From the NCBI RefSeq assembly GCF_009914755.1, contig NC_060930.1: a stretch of 64,000 bases of DNA; one strand, given 5' to 3'. A program made the translations under genes and the position numbers. The notes under the pieces were generated by a model. The model had not been told where the DNA came from, did not search any database, and saw nothing but the letters and a program-made list of their open reading frames with translations. This document shows positions 16,996 through 32,890 of the stretch, one piece after another. Within the stretch, counting starts at the first letter, position 1, and each line of letters starts with the position of its first letter. The DNA is from the human T2T-CHM13v2.0 reference genome, Homo sapiens.

Positions 16996-19900
16996 ATCTG
17001 TATCTCCCTAAGACATTGATACAAGTACTCATCAGTAAACCATGATAATTTTCAGAAGAGGCTTGCTTTGACTGGTAAACTCATATTGGTACCTGGAACA
17101 CAAAACTCCTACAGCTACGCTTGTTTTGTAGTCTGAGCTTAATAAGCAATATCCTTAAGGTAATGAAAATCAGTTCCTCTTCTGCTCCCTAATAACATCA
17201 GTCCTTTTTGAATCTGTACGATTTTTCTCGTACTCTTCTCCCCCAAATTTCCCCCTTAAAATTGTGGCATTGGATATAATGGTTTTATGATTTGGAGGAC
17301 TGTTAATTTCTAATTGAAATTGAATATCTATGGTTCACTATTCAGTGCTGAACTTGATATGAGAAACATTTCCTGGTAAATCAGTAAAACCAGCTTTATG
17401 TCTTCCCGCAAATAATCAAGTGGCAGGTAGAACGGACATCTGACCTAGTTGCTCCTTGGACTGCTTTTGGTCAAAAGAAATTGGTAAACCACTCAGTCTA
17501 TAAATTTTTCTTTCTGTGATTCTGTAGTGTCAGGACAACATTGCCATGGGTACTTTACTTATACGGAGAAACAAAACCTAAATCTCAAACCACCATTTAT
17601 AAAACCCACAAACTCTTGGGCTGTCATTTGGGTTACAGACTTGAAGCTCCCTTTCTGGTTGCGTTCTCTGGAGTGGGTGAATGCCTGTCTGATGGGGATG
17701 CATTTTTAAAGGCAAGACAGATTTAAGGGTATAATTTAGTGACATTTTGCTGACTGCATTTCTCTCTATATACATGTCTCTTCATATATTTCACAATTTT
17801 ACCAATATTCAGTTACCTCTTAGCCTACTTGAAGCAGGCCCCACAATTTTGGGACTGTTTCTTATATACATAATGACTCAATAAAGGTGTCTCATTATGA
17901 CATTAGTCATTCTGTTAACTTAAGTGCTATTTTTTGACTGTATGTATAAATCAGTGTATATTTAACAAGTGAGCTGACCAAATGCCATTAAATGAGTTGT
18001 CCTTATTTTGGTTTTTTTCCTGCTCCAATTTTAAGTTTTCAAAGAAATCCAGCATGTAACTACCACTTTTAAGTCTCCACTTTTTAATTTTGAATACCAA
18101 ATATGGCAGAGTTATTCAGGTGGCCAAGTAGACTTTTTCTGACCTCGAATGTGGTTTACTGGTATTACACTTAAAAAAAAAAAGACAAAAAGTAGATGTC
18201 AGTATTTGCTGTTTTAGGATAGCATAAGCCTTTGAGATTTCCCAAAGATCATTTTAACAGTCTGATATGCAGCTGTTTGACATCTACGTTTTTAGCTAAA
18301 AGGCGTCATCCCCATATTCGTATTTAAGTGGCCCTGGAACATAATGCGGAGATAGGTCACTGTGGGTTAATCTTTGGACACTTCATATCTGACAGGCACC
18401 AGCATCTGTGGTTTATTTTGTGGTGTTCCTTAGGTCTAGAAATAAAATTCTTTTAAACCTGATGATAGTCAGGGGAATGTTTACTAAGATAGTTTTCCTT
18501 CCATTTGCACAGTTTTAAAGCTGGAGCTAAAATATAACACATGGGATTAAAAAAAATAAAATCTGTCATCCATAAAGTAATTCATGGCACTGGTAAGGTT
18601 GAAGTAACCTCAGGGACTCATGTTCTGTGGTGGAGTGTACATCAAGGTGTATTCCTTTTATTAGGAACGTATTATATCCATATACTTTAATATGGATGGC
18701 AGATATTAGCAGAGGCTTACTGGGGAAAAAGAATAATTTTTGTGTGTGCATGTACATTTAGGCTAAGGCATTATAAGTTGTAGATTTCCACAGCACAACC
18801 CAAAATTCAAAGGAGATGCCTTTTAAAGAATATAGTGGTGATGGAGTCTGGGTAAGAAAATCCTGTGTTGAAAGTTGAGCAGACCACAATCATTTATATG
18901 CAGTCAAAGAGCTTTTGGTCCTGCAATGTAGGGCATATAATCTTATTACAAAGCCCTTTAAAATCAATAAAAACATCCCTAAAAGTGTGGTAGCATTGAG
19001 TTCATTCTTTTTTTAAAAAAAATCTATTTTCAATTACATTATTCCATTTAAATGTATCACAATGGCTTTTATTTCAAAGATACTTCTAGCCTATGTATAT
19101 ATTCACAGCTGTCAGAAATACGTGTCATTCTTTGTCTTACAAATCCCTGTTCTCAGCCATTTCAGAGCCTAATCCTTGAGGCGGCCATTTTGCTGAAAGG
19201 CAGTTAAAGAAACAGTCTGTCAGCCTGGTCTGATTCTTGCTGAAAAAGCGTCATTTCTGTACCCAATGTGAGCTTTAGTTCCAGATTTTTGAATGATGTA
19301 AAAATTAAGGTCAGGGAATCAAATATAAAAAATACATCTTGCAGGCAGAGCCCTCATTAGCATCCAGTCATCAATCTCCCAAATCTAGGAGCTGGGAGAC
19401 CATTGTACTGTTATCCTGCTGATATTGAGTTGATAGCAAGTTTAATGGAACAGGCTGGCAGTTGTGAAGGGCAGCTGATAATGATGGTGCAAGCTCAACG
19501 AAAAAGTTGGGTAAAATCTGCAGGAGGTGTTTTCTCTCATTTGGCCTTGTTCTGTTGGCTGTTGGCATTTGCTTGGCAAGAGGGAGGTGTTCTTATCTCC
19601 CCAGCTAGAGAAATTTTAAATGTGCTTAAAAATACCGAGTGTGCACTTCTGTTACTGCCTCTTCCTAACAAGACCAGTGGAAGCAGGGCAGTTGTGTATT
19701 GAGTAGGAAAATCCACTCAAACTGATAACATTCAGGTAAACCTGAAAACAGTTTGCATTTTCTGGTAATTAAATTAAAAGAAGGCGGTTGACTATCAAAA
19801 GCCCTTTTTCCTCATGTAGTAAATGAGCACATAATCTTAAAAAATAAGGTAACCTCAAATATTTTTGTCTTCAGGATTAATGGTATGTTTTGATTTTTAA

Positions 19901-20327
19901 ACACTTCTGGGTAAAGTTTGATGAGTGCTTTTATATAATTAGGTAGCATCTTAAAACATATGATTGGTTATGTTTCTGCCTTGCAGAGTTTATGAGACGA
20001 AAGTTGGCCAAACAACAGGGCTAATTTTACTAATTAAAGTCGTGCTGCCCAAGTGGGTTAACATGATATAGATGTTTGGTTTTAATAGAGCTTGGAAAGG
20101 GTACGGAGTCCTAAAATGTTCTGTTTGGAAAGCTTTGGTCTATAAAATTTGCCTTTAATACGGCTGACGACCCTTAATTAGAATGATAAACTGTACTTGC
20201 TGGTGTGATGTCTATTTGAGAAGAAGCAATACCGGTGTGCCTAAGTGTCATTGTTTTTAGTGTATTAAGATGCCTTTTTTTCTGGGCATGGCATTTCTGA
20301 GTACCTGTCTTCTCTGCTCTGTTTCAG

Positions 20328-20461
20328 GTGTGAATCATGGCAATACAGTGAAAGACAGTGATTTACTGCTTTTGAGGGCGTGCATGTATATGATTAACGG
20401 ATGGAAGTGCAGGACTCCAAGATTTACTTCCTTCCCTTTCCAGCAGAATTACCTGAGACGA
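20328..20461 (+). other. Probable internal exon (134 bp), likely 5'UTR or non-coding, of an unidentified + strand gene
   Basis: Polypyrimidine tract and acceptor 'ctgtcttctctgctctgtttcag|G' ending at 20327; donor 'CGA|gtgagt' at 20462; typical exon length; lies in unique non-repeat sequence. The window's L1s are antisense to +, consistent with a + strand intron. Confidence 0.65.
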
Positions 20462-20624
20462 GTGAGTAATGGGATAATTTGTAATACCACAGGCCCCTTT
20501 TCAAGGGACCAGTAATCAAAACAGGAAGATGAAACTGAGAAGATTTCAACTGGAAGAATACAACTTTTGATAATTTCTGGATATACCTCTTAATTGCAAG
20601 CAGGAGAGTCTTCAGAGTTTTCCT

Positions 20625-20631
20625 GTGGTGG

Positions 20632-20667
<36 letters not shown>

Positions 20668-20958
20668 GAGATGGAATTTTGCTCTTATTACCTGGGCTGG
20701 AGTGCAGTGGCATGATCTTGGCTCACTGCAACCTCCGCCGCCCCACCCCCCGGGTTCAACCAATTCTCCTGCCTCAGCCTCCTGAGTAGCTGGGATTATA
20801 GGCGCCCGCCACCATACCCGGCTAATTTTTGTATTTTTACTAGAGATGGGGTTTTACCATGTTGGCCTGGCTGGTCTCGGACTCCTGACTTCAGATGATC
20901 CACCCGCCTCAGCCTCCCGAAGTGCTGGGATTACAGGCATGAGACGCCACGCCTGGCA
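20625..20958 (-). mobile_element. AluS with (GTT)n tail
   Basis: Antisense Alu ~160 bp downstream of the candidate exon; tail is a (GTT)n repeat. Confidence 0.92.
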
Positions 20959-21175
20959 AACATGAGCCACCACACCCGGTGGAGATTTTCATTAAAAACG
21001 TTAGTATGTCAATCCTGGTTTCATCATGCAGGCACCCTGCTAAATTTTATACATCTTTCTTCCATGCTTTCTGCTCTTGATATTCTTATATCAAGACATC
21101 AGAGAAACTTCGTGGCTTATTTGTAGAACTCAGTTTCTTTTTACAAGGTTAAAGAATTATCAAGAATTGGGAGTT

Positions 21176-21847
<672 letters not shown>

Positions 21848-22584
21848 TCATACTTAAAAAAAGTAACAAAGAACAAGAATTTCATACTTGAAAAAAGTAA
21901 AAAAAGAACAAGAATCTGAAGGCTGTATCTGACATTTAGTGTATCATCATCACTTTGGAATTGCATGCTGTTCAGAGCTTTCCTGTTGCGCCTAATGTGA
22001 TGGGGTCTTCTGACTTGTCATTGTTGATAACATTAGATTCATGAAAACTGAGTAGCACCCATGATATTTTTATGTTACAAATATTAATTTCAGCTTTGAC
22101 TTTGGTGGTGGCAGTAGACTTCTCATATTAGAGATTACAATAAAATGTTAATAGTTCCAAGCTCTTCCTCCTCTCCCATCATGTCAGGTGACTAAAACAT
22201 TCCCATAAATAACTGATACCTTTTTAATGGGACCTTTGGGTTCGTAAGAGGTAAATATTGATGACCTTGACATTTTTTCATATGTGTACAGTTCAGGAGG
22301 CACAATGTCTCCAGATAACTAAAAGCAGGTGAACAAGTAGGTAGACAGCCATGGGCTCCCACTGATCCCCGTAATTCACAGGGGCCCTGGCCTTGCTTCT
22401 GGAGCAAAAGCATAGGCAAAGGAATCTATAAGTTTAGGTCCTGTAGGTATTTCTGTAGGCAAATCTCACTGGACTGGGTGTGTTTTAGTCTGGCATTTTA
22501 ATAAGATGTTTTCTAAGGCAAATATATGAGTCTCCTCCCTTACCCCTGTGAAACTAAGGACTCTAGTACTAACTACCAGGGTAA

Positions 22585-22795
22585 TATTGTATAGTAGCTA
22601 AGTGCTTGGGAGCCGAATTCCCAGGTTTAAATCCCAGTTCTGTCACCACTAGCAATGTGACCTTAGGTAAATTATTTAACCTCTTTCAGCTTTAATTTCC
22701 TCAGCTAGAAGATGAGGATAATAATAATACTTAGGTTTTCTTTTCTTTTTTAAATAATTAAATGAGAGCTATCCAATTGTGATTAGCATGTTAGT
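22585..22795 (+). mobile_element. MIR
   Basis: 'gtttaaatcccagttctgtcaccactagcaatgtgaccttaggtaaattatttaacctct...cagctttaatttcctca' MIR core. Confidence 0.7.
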
Positions 22796-24482
22796 AAAGA
22801 TTTCTGAAATATTATTCATTAACCAGCTTTCAGGTATCCTGTGCTCACAGAGACTAACCTACAAAGCTGATGAGGTCTACAGCTTAAGAAAATTTTCTAT
22901 TTGGAGTATACACTCAGTTACATGAAAATTGCATATGGAAAAAGATGAGAATGTAGCACTGATTTTGCAAAACGTTTTAGAAAGTTTTATTTCGCTGCTT
23001 GTCTTAAAAGTAATTTTTCTGGTTTTATGTAATGTGTGTATTAGAAATGGGAATATTGGAATACTTACTTCATTGTATTGTCAAGCATTATTGGTAGCCC
23101 TAATTTATATATCCATTGTGCTGCAGTTTCAGTTGCAGAACTGCCATCTGCAGGGATTATTATAGCACTTGAGGGGATGGAATTACTGCACTCTGTTTTG
23201 GATACTTTTTTCACTAAGAAGTATGGGCACCATGAGATGGTACTTACCCATCTGTCTGTTGAAGCATTTGTATGTATATTACCTGAGCACTTAGGCACAC
23301 CACCGAGGGGGGATTTCAAATGGAAGGGAAAAAGGAAAAATTGAAAATAAAATAACACGATGGAAATAACAGAAGCCTCTTTGCAAAGAATACCTAAACT
23401 ATTCTTAAAAGCAGACTTAACAGCCAGTACAAAACCATTCACTATTGTCTTTAAGAGACGAAGCTCAATCCACAAAGTTGAAAGTGAAGTGTGAATCTGG
23501 AAGTTTTCCAGGAAAGTCAAGCATTACAGACTTCTAGGGCTCAAATTCAAGGGAGAAAAAAAGTCCATTTTACAAAGTAACTTCTTACATTGATTGTGAG
23601 CTGTCAATGTTTGATGGGTAGATCCTGAAACATTAACTGATTAAATTCTTCAATGCTATGCGGTCATATTGGTGGCCTCCGCTGTTCTGAGCTTCTAAAT
23701 TTGTGTATCGACACATGGGAATTCACTAAATGTGCAGCAGAGAGCAGAGTGGAACATTGTGGCATCAGCTTGAAATTTCCTAAAGAGAACCAGTGGAATG
23801 ATGTTGAAATCAATTGAAATATTATTTATTGATTGCCTATGTTTTATAGCACCTAATAAATTGTCCAATCCCTTAAAAACACTCCATCTGCCTAATTCTC
23901 CATTTCCAGTTGCAGCAGATACAAGGATACAAAGATACTCTGTACTGGTAGAGAGGGATGATTTCAGGTTTTCTTCACAGCACCGGGCTCCCTGACAGCT
24001 ATTCTTCGTGCTTGTGCACACTCACAGTTTTCAATTTCAGTTGGGACAAGAGAAGTGTTTTTCTCCCATATTCAGTTGTCTTGGTATTTTTTACCCTGAC
24101 GGCCTCCCCTACCCTCCAACACATGTGCTTCCTCAGAGCTTCTTCATCCATATGCTAAGAGTGGGGTGTGGCTTCTCAGCATTTTGTGTTTCACTGCACA
24201 CCTGGAAACCTATGGGCTAATGACCCTGTGAGAATTTGGGTGGTAAGGAGGCTGCAGAGATCAGCTTCCTTTTATAGATGTAGAAACTGAGGCCTGGAGA
24301 GGTGAAGAAATTCATCTGAGATCATTCAGCCAACAAATATCAGGACAGCACCTCTAACGTCAGTGCAATTTCAGCTTTTCCACTAAGGTATACTGGGAGG
24401 AGTGCAGTGGTATGTACCGGGCTGAGTCCTGGTTAAGGGATTGCAGTGGACTGACCAAGGAGTGAAAGAAAAAGAATATAGT

Positions 24483-24790
24483 GGCCGGGTGCAATGGTTC
24501 ATGCCTGTAATCCTTGCATTTTGGGAGGCTGAGGTGGACGGATCACCTGAGGTCAAGAGTTTGAGACCAGCCTGGCTGACATGGCAAAACCCTGTCTCTA
24601 CTAAGAATACAAAAATTAGTCGAGTGTGGTGGCACATGCCTGTAACCCCAGCTACGTGGGAGGCTGAGGCAGGAGAATCGCTTGAACCTGGGAGGCAGAG
24701 ACTGGTGAGCCGAGATCGAGCCACTGCACTCCAGCCTGGGCAACAGAGTGACTCTGTCTCAATTAAAAAAAAAAACAAAAAACAAAAACA
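24483..24790 (+). mobile_element. AluS
   Basis: Full Alu dimer. Confidence 0.92.
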
Positions 24791-25599
24791 CTGAATCAGG
24801 GTTTGGGTCAGGGTTTGTTTGAGGTTGTATTAGAGGCATATCTTTCGGTCAGGAAGCATGAATATTCTCTCTCTGATATAAGCGAAAAGGAAGAGATTAA
24901 AGGCATGACGAAGATCAGGTCTTTTTAAATAGGTGTTTACTTTCTATTGAAACCACGGAATAATGAATATTTATTCATCATCAGGTAATTTGGGGTAATG
25001 GAGTATAGACAATTTCTGGTTTTACCTTCTTGCCTCTTTGGGTCCGTGCTGCCTTTTGTTTTGCTTAAAATGGGCTAAAAGAGAAAGCAACTGAAACACT
25101 TTCCAGATCTGATAACTTCCGAGATCTCAAGTGAAACCTCTGGCTCGCGTCCAAGGGTGAGGTCACACAGTCTGATATTAGTTGGATTTATGTTGGTGTG
25201 TCCACCAAAATACAGAGCAGCACACTGCCATAATTCTTGACAGCCATTTATTAGGTAGGTAGGAATGGCACTTGGGTCAGTTGTATGCTGTGTATTGCCA
25301 CCCAGAAGCATAGCCCATCCATGGCCATAGGCATTTCTTTTCTTTTTCAGTTGATAGTTTTAAGTTCATGTGGAAAACGTGCCTTTGGTTTTACCTGGTT
25401 TTATGCCTTTGGCCTTATCTTTGCTCACTCATACTCTTGAATTCAGATCTGTCTGGACACGTCTGGAGGTCTGGTGTTTTGGTCTCCAACAGTTTGTTTT
25501 CATGATTGTCTGAAGTACCTCTGGGAAAGTCCTCATTCTATAGGAAGACAGTTGAATTGGATAAGAAATATCTAAAGCACAAATAGACATTGCTTATGT

Positions 25600-26078
25600 C
25601 TGTCAACAGATGAGAACCTGAAAAAGCCAATTTTTCAAGATGGATCCCAAGTGGCTAAGTGGGCTTAGATTTAACATAGAGTCAAGCAGCCATTTGCTGA
25701 CTTGAGGCCCCACACATACTCTGAGTTCCCCCAAACCCTGGAAACCCCCACATCTTTTTAACTTTGGGACGTTGAGAACTCACCTGAACCAACCAATCAA
25801 AGCTCAGCTGTATTGACCAATCAGGGCTCAGCTGTATCAACCAATCAACAGAACTCACTTGTGTCAATCAATAGGAACTAAACAAGTTTCAGATCTTTGA
25901 ATTAACAGACTCGATTGGAAACTTGGGTGGGAACATTTGCTGTAAAATCCAAACCCTCTTGTTGTTCTCTGGAATGCACCTTCCTTTTACACCAAAGCGT
26001 ATTTCTCCAGTTTGCAGACTGTTCACTGAAATAAAGTCTCTTTTCTCCAAATTCCTTTTCAGAGAACTTTTGTTCACA
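25600..26078 (+). mobile_element. ERV1-class solo LTR (family not identified)
   Basis: ~480 bp with TG...CA ends (ends ttttgttcaca); tandem CCAAT boxes 25791-25870; TATA-like tgtaaaa at 25941; AATAAA near 26030, i.e. U3-R-U5 order. Confidence 0.75.
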
Positions 26079-27362
26079 TCTTATACAAAACAGTAAGTAG
26101 CTGTTAAGTATATAGATATGGATAGTGACATTTATTAGATGCTTATTGTATGCTGTGTACCAGACATTTATTAGATGCTTATTGTATGCTATGTACCATT
26201 TTAACTGCTTTACAGATCTTCGCAGCAACGCTTTGAAGCTCGTGCTCTTATGATTTCATTTTACAAACAAGAAACTGAGAAACAGAAAAGTGAATAGGAG
26301 CTTGTACAGTCTCAAAGAGCTTACAGTGGAGTTAGAAAGTTAATACTCAACTCATTCATTCAACAAGCTGAATGCCTACTAGCAATTTGAGTTTATGAAA
26401 GTTTATGTACCTCTTTAAGGCTTGCCCAAAGGAGCTCACAATCGAATAGAGGGATGTTTATGTAAACCAAAGTTGAAAAATGTGTTAATAGACAGAAAGA
26501 GGATTCCAAGGGAAGCATGCTGCCAATCACTTGGATTACTTTCCAGTCGAACAGAATCATGTTGGAAACCTAGGGAGAATGGGCTGTGTTAAAAGTGAAA
26601 GCAAAATCTCAAGATGACTGATTTACCAAAATCTGTGTGCCACATTGAGTATGTTAAGTGGCATCAGTAACTACATCAGGGACAGGGTTGGCAGTAGAAG
26701 AGAAAGTGGCTTGTGCAGCCTTGGGAAGTGACATCACTGGGAGCTCAGCAGCTAAATCAGTATCTTGGCCATTAGCACTTTTGACACTGGTTCTCACTGG
26801 CAGATACCACTGGATGGGACCGAGCAGGAGAGGAGGAAAGTGGCAGATACTATGTGATGGCTGAGAAGCAGTGTTGATGAGCTTATTAGTCATCTCCTGG
26901 CAAGTCCATGACATTTGCTTATGTTGATGGGGGGTGTGTGGGATGGGAGGAAGAGAACTGACAATTAAGGAGGCAGAAAATTCCTAGTAACATAATCTTG
27001 CACTTCAGTTTTGTATGTGTTTTGGGACATAAATTCCAGACAGTGTGAGTTAGCAGATGAGTGTTCTAGGCATATTCCTGTGCCTCAGCTCCTCTGTAGA
27101 ATGGTGCTGGCAATACAGTTTGCCTCATTGGGCTCTTGTAAGCTTTAAATAGGTTATTATACATAAAGAGCTAATAGTGATGCCTGTAGCCGTTGTCTAA
27201 GTGCTAGCTCTGATGATGGTGACAAAGAAGTAATAGCAATCAGTGGTTTAGATTAAACCATTTTAGGCATAAACTGTTCTGCTAGAATCCAAGGGGAGAT
27301 TTTTTCCCATCAAGGAGACATAGCTTGTTGGGAAGATAAGACATACCCAATTGCAGAAGTAA

Positions 27363-27671
<309 letters not shown>

Positions 27672-30084
27672 GAATAATTAATTCTTAATATCTAATTTCC
27701 TACCTGTGCACACTTATCCAGCCCAGGATTACCTTTTAGTACCTCTTCTTATGCATCCTCATTCTCTCTAGCCATGCCAGATGACCCCAGAGACCTAGAT
27801 TAGGTTCTCTTATGTGTTCATGCATTCACAAAAGCCATTGTAATCAGTCTAGAGTTCCTTTCTCCTTTGATCTGCCTGTTGAAATGGACATCCTTTCTGC
27901 AAAATCCTTCATATTACCCGCCCTAGACCCTCAGTTAATTCAGCTGTCACTGCATTGCCATGGTGCCCTGAACATGCCTTTTGGAAAATTGTTTTACCTG
28001 CGTATTTCTCTACTAGATTATGAACTCCCTGGGAGAAATTTATATATATTTTCATATTTCAGATTCGATGTAGTTGCCTTATGGAATAAATGAGTGAATA
28101 TTTTTCTAACTCCATGGTAAACTGTTTTGAGACTGGATCTGTTAATTTTTCTGAGGCTGTTTTTTTTTTTTGGCCTATAAAATGGGTTATTTATAAGCAG
28201 GAAGTACAGTGGTTAGAACAAAATGATAACTCACTGAATGTTGGTTATTTCTATGAACATAACTTTCAAATATTTGTATTCAGTCCAAACATTGTTTGGA
28301 TTACATTAAGGTAACAAAAATGGCTACTTTTTATGTTCTGTTCTTCCTGAACTCTTAACTTCCCTGATTTATGAAAGGACTCTTCCTCCACTCCTCTCAG
28401 ACATGCTTCCCTGGGGCCATTTACCTCCCACTAAAAATCAAATGAAGCTAATCTCCCTGGCTTGATATTGATTCCATCTAGTCCAGAGAGAATATGCTAA
28501 TCACCTTTGCTAAGTGCTTTCTGGCTAAAGGTGTAAAAGCCTGATTCCATTTGAGGGGAAAAAATTGAAATTTCTGTCTTAAAATTTGTGATTATGGAAT
28601 TTGCATTTTGAAAGGCGATAGTAGCTCAAATTTAACGAGCCATTTGTAGTGGATTGAGCATAAATTTTCATGGCTCGTTTGGATAAAAACTACACCAAGG
28701 CATAGATTTCTATGACTATAGTATTTAATTTTGTTAAATTCAATTTAATACCTACAAAAATAGTGGAAATCCCTTTTTTCTCCTCTATCAGTGGCATGTT
28801 TTTTGTACATGTTTAAAGCTACTCATTTTCAAAAAGCAAAGACCATTTTAAAGACTGCTACTTAAGGCTGTCAGGCTGCCTCAGTTTCTTCGTCAATGAG
28901 TCTAACCTAGGCCACCTGCATACTTCCCTGGAGTGTTTAGATGAATGGCTCTGAGCTTGTAAAGTACTTTGAATTTCCTGGATGAAAGGGTCCCTGTAAG
29001 TACAGGTCTTATGAAGGTATTATAGCTGGGCTTTTAAAACTGCCGCACAGCCTGTTTTGCAAGAACACTAATGCACTTCTGGGTTTAGAGTTGTAAAAAG
29101 ATGTGTGTTCAGAAGCCTCAGGCTTCGTCTTGTGCGGTTCCTGAGGCATGTGCCGCTGCTTGTTTACTTCTAGCATAGATTGTCTCCACACTACAGGGAT
29201 GTACAGGTGTGCACTTGCACAGCGACCATCTGGGCTTAGGATCACCTAGGATCACATTTGGCTGCCGTGGTATTGAGGAGAAAACACAGGTTGCAAGGAG
29301 AGAGGACGGGCTGTTCCTGGCCCCATGGCCTCAACTCTTGGGATCCTCCAGGATTTCTGTAATCACGGTGGGGAAGCACGCACAAAAGTGCTCTGAGGTG
29401 GTTGAAGTGAGGGAGGGGTTCGCCCTAGGTACCGATGCTTGGATTATGAAGAACTGGGTTTGGGTTCTAGCTCTTCCAGCTCCTAGCCCTGTGCCCTCAG
29501 GCAGGTCAGCTGCCCTGAGCCTCAGTTTCTCTGATGGGCAGTCTTGCCCCTAACATTTGTGGTGCCCGGGGCTAGAATGTGAATGCAGGACCACATACTC
29601 TGTATGTAAATATTTAAAAGTTACAAATCAAACAAAAAAGTGTCAAAACATGTTTGGAAATTTTTCTGTTCTGACAAATACACCTTTATAACCATCTTGA
29701 AGGGCAGGTTTGAATTTTGAGTTTTCAGATTCTTAGCCAACTTCCATGCCTGACCAGGTAGTGTGGGTGGGAGCAGGAATCTAGTCGTCATGCTTGTGGA
29801 CAGCGTGGTCTGTATGTCTGCTGGACCCACCCTTCACCCTGTGGGCCTCGGGATTCTATATTGAGGATTGTCTATCTTGGGGGAGTGTGTGGAGGGAACA
29901 TCTGCACAGGCCTTATAAATGAGCATGGGCTGTTGGGATAAGGAACTCTGGGGCCCGAGCACCTGGCACATGATCCAGAACAGGATTTTTGGGTTCCAAT
30001 GGGCAGGTGACTTTAGTCCTCACTCTGTGGGCAGGGGCATTACAGCATAGGGGTCCCTTTTGTCAGGGATTTATGATGGCATCA

Positions 30085-30748
<664 letters not shown>

Positions 30749-30884
30749 TGATTGTGCTTTTGTAGTGTTACTGTCACATATATGAAAATAAGTTCTTTCT
30801 ATCAGAAAGGCTTTATCCTTAACATCAGCCTTAATCACATCAACATTTAGCAGTGCTTGGATTGAGTTATTTTCTGCTGTATAG

Positions 30885-31208
<324 letters not shown>

Positions 31209-31651
31209 GTGTTCTCACTTAGCATTTTATTCATTCATTCAATAAGATAAATGCAATAAGTATTTATTGACTATTCCTTTTTTTCCTAAGCATTATTGTA
31301 GGTAATAGCAGTAAACAAATAGATACAACTTCCTGTCTTCGTGGAACTAACACTTTAGTAGGAGGAAACAGAAATAAAAAGGATAAATATAAAAATGTGT
31401 AGTTTCCTTGAAGATGGCGTCCTCTCTGTTCACTCATTTGCTCCACAAATATATATTATATATCCCTGCCAAGGACTAGGCACTCTGCCTTACTCAGAGG
31501 TAAAGATATGGAAAGAGAAATGATCACAAAACTAGAGTGTGGCATTACTCAGGGTTTGTGTGAAGTACTGTTAACTGCAGGAAATCCTTATGCTCTTTGG
31601 AATTAATGTTCTAGAATTTTGTCTTTTCCACTTCAATCAAATGATTATTCA

Positions 31652-31966
<315 letters not shown>

Positions 31967-32046
31967 TCAGTCTCTGCTCTATTTAAGGCATTGTCCTAAG
32001 CTTTATGAGGGGTCGAACAAGAATTCATAATTCACAGGAGGTGGTA

Positions 32047-32890
<844 letters not shown>

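Noticed and set aside
20270-20515. 81-aa ORF spanning the candidate exon as a single-exon gene
   Set aside because: Its start and stop lie in intron-like sequence outside the splice sites; only the exonic part is considered.
23065-24021. 151-aa and 108-aa minus-strand ORFs
   Set aside because: No recognisable homology, no retrocopy hallmarks (poly(A), TSD); composition resembles translated AT-rich intron.
29555-29830. Possible hAT-type DNA transposon relic
   Set aside because: Only a vague resemblance; I could not define terminal inverted repeats or a TSD.
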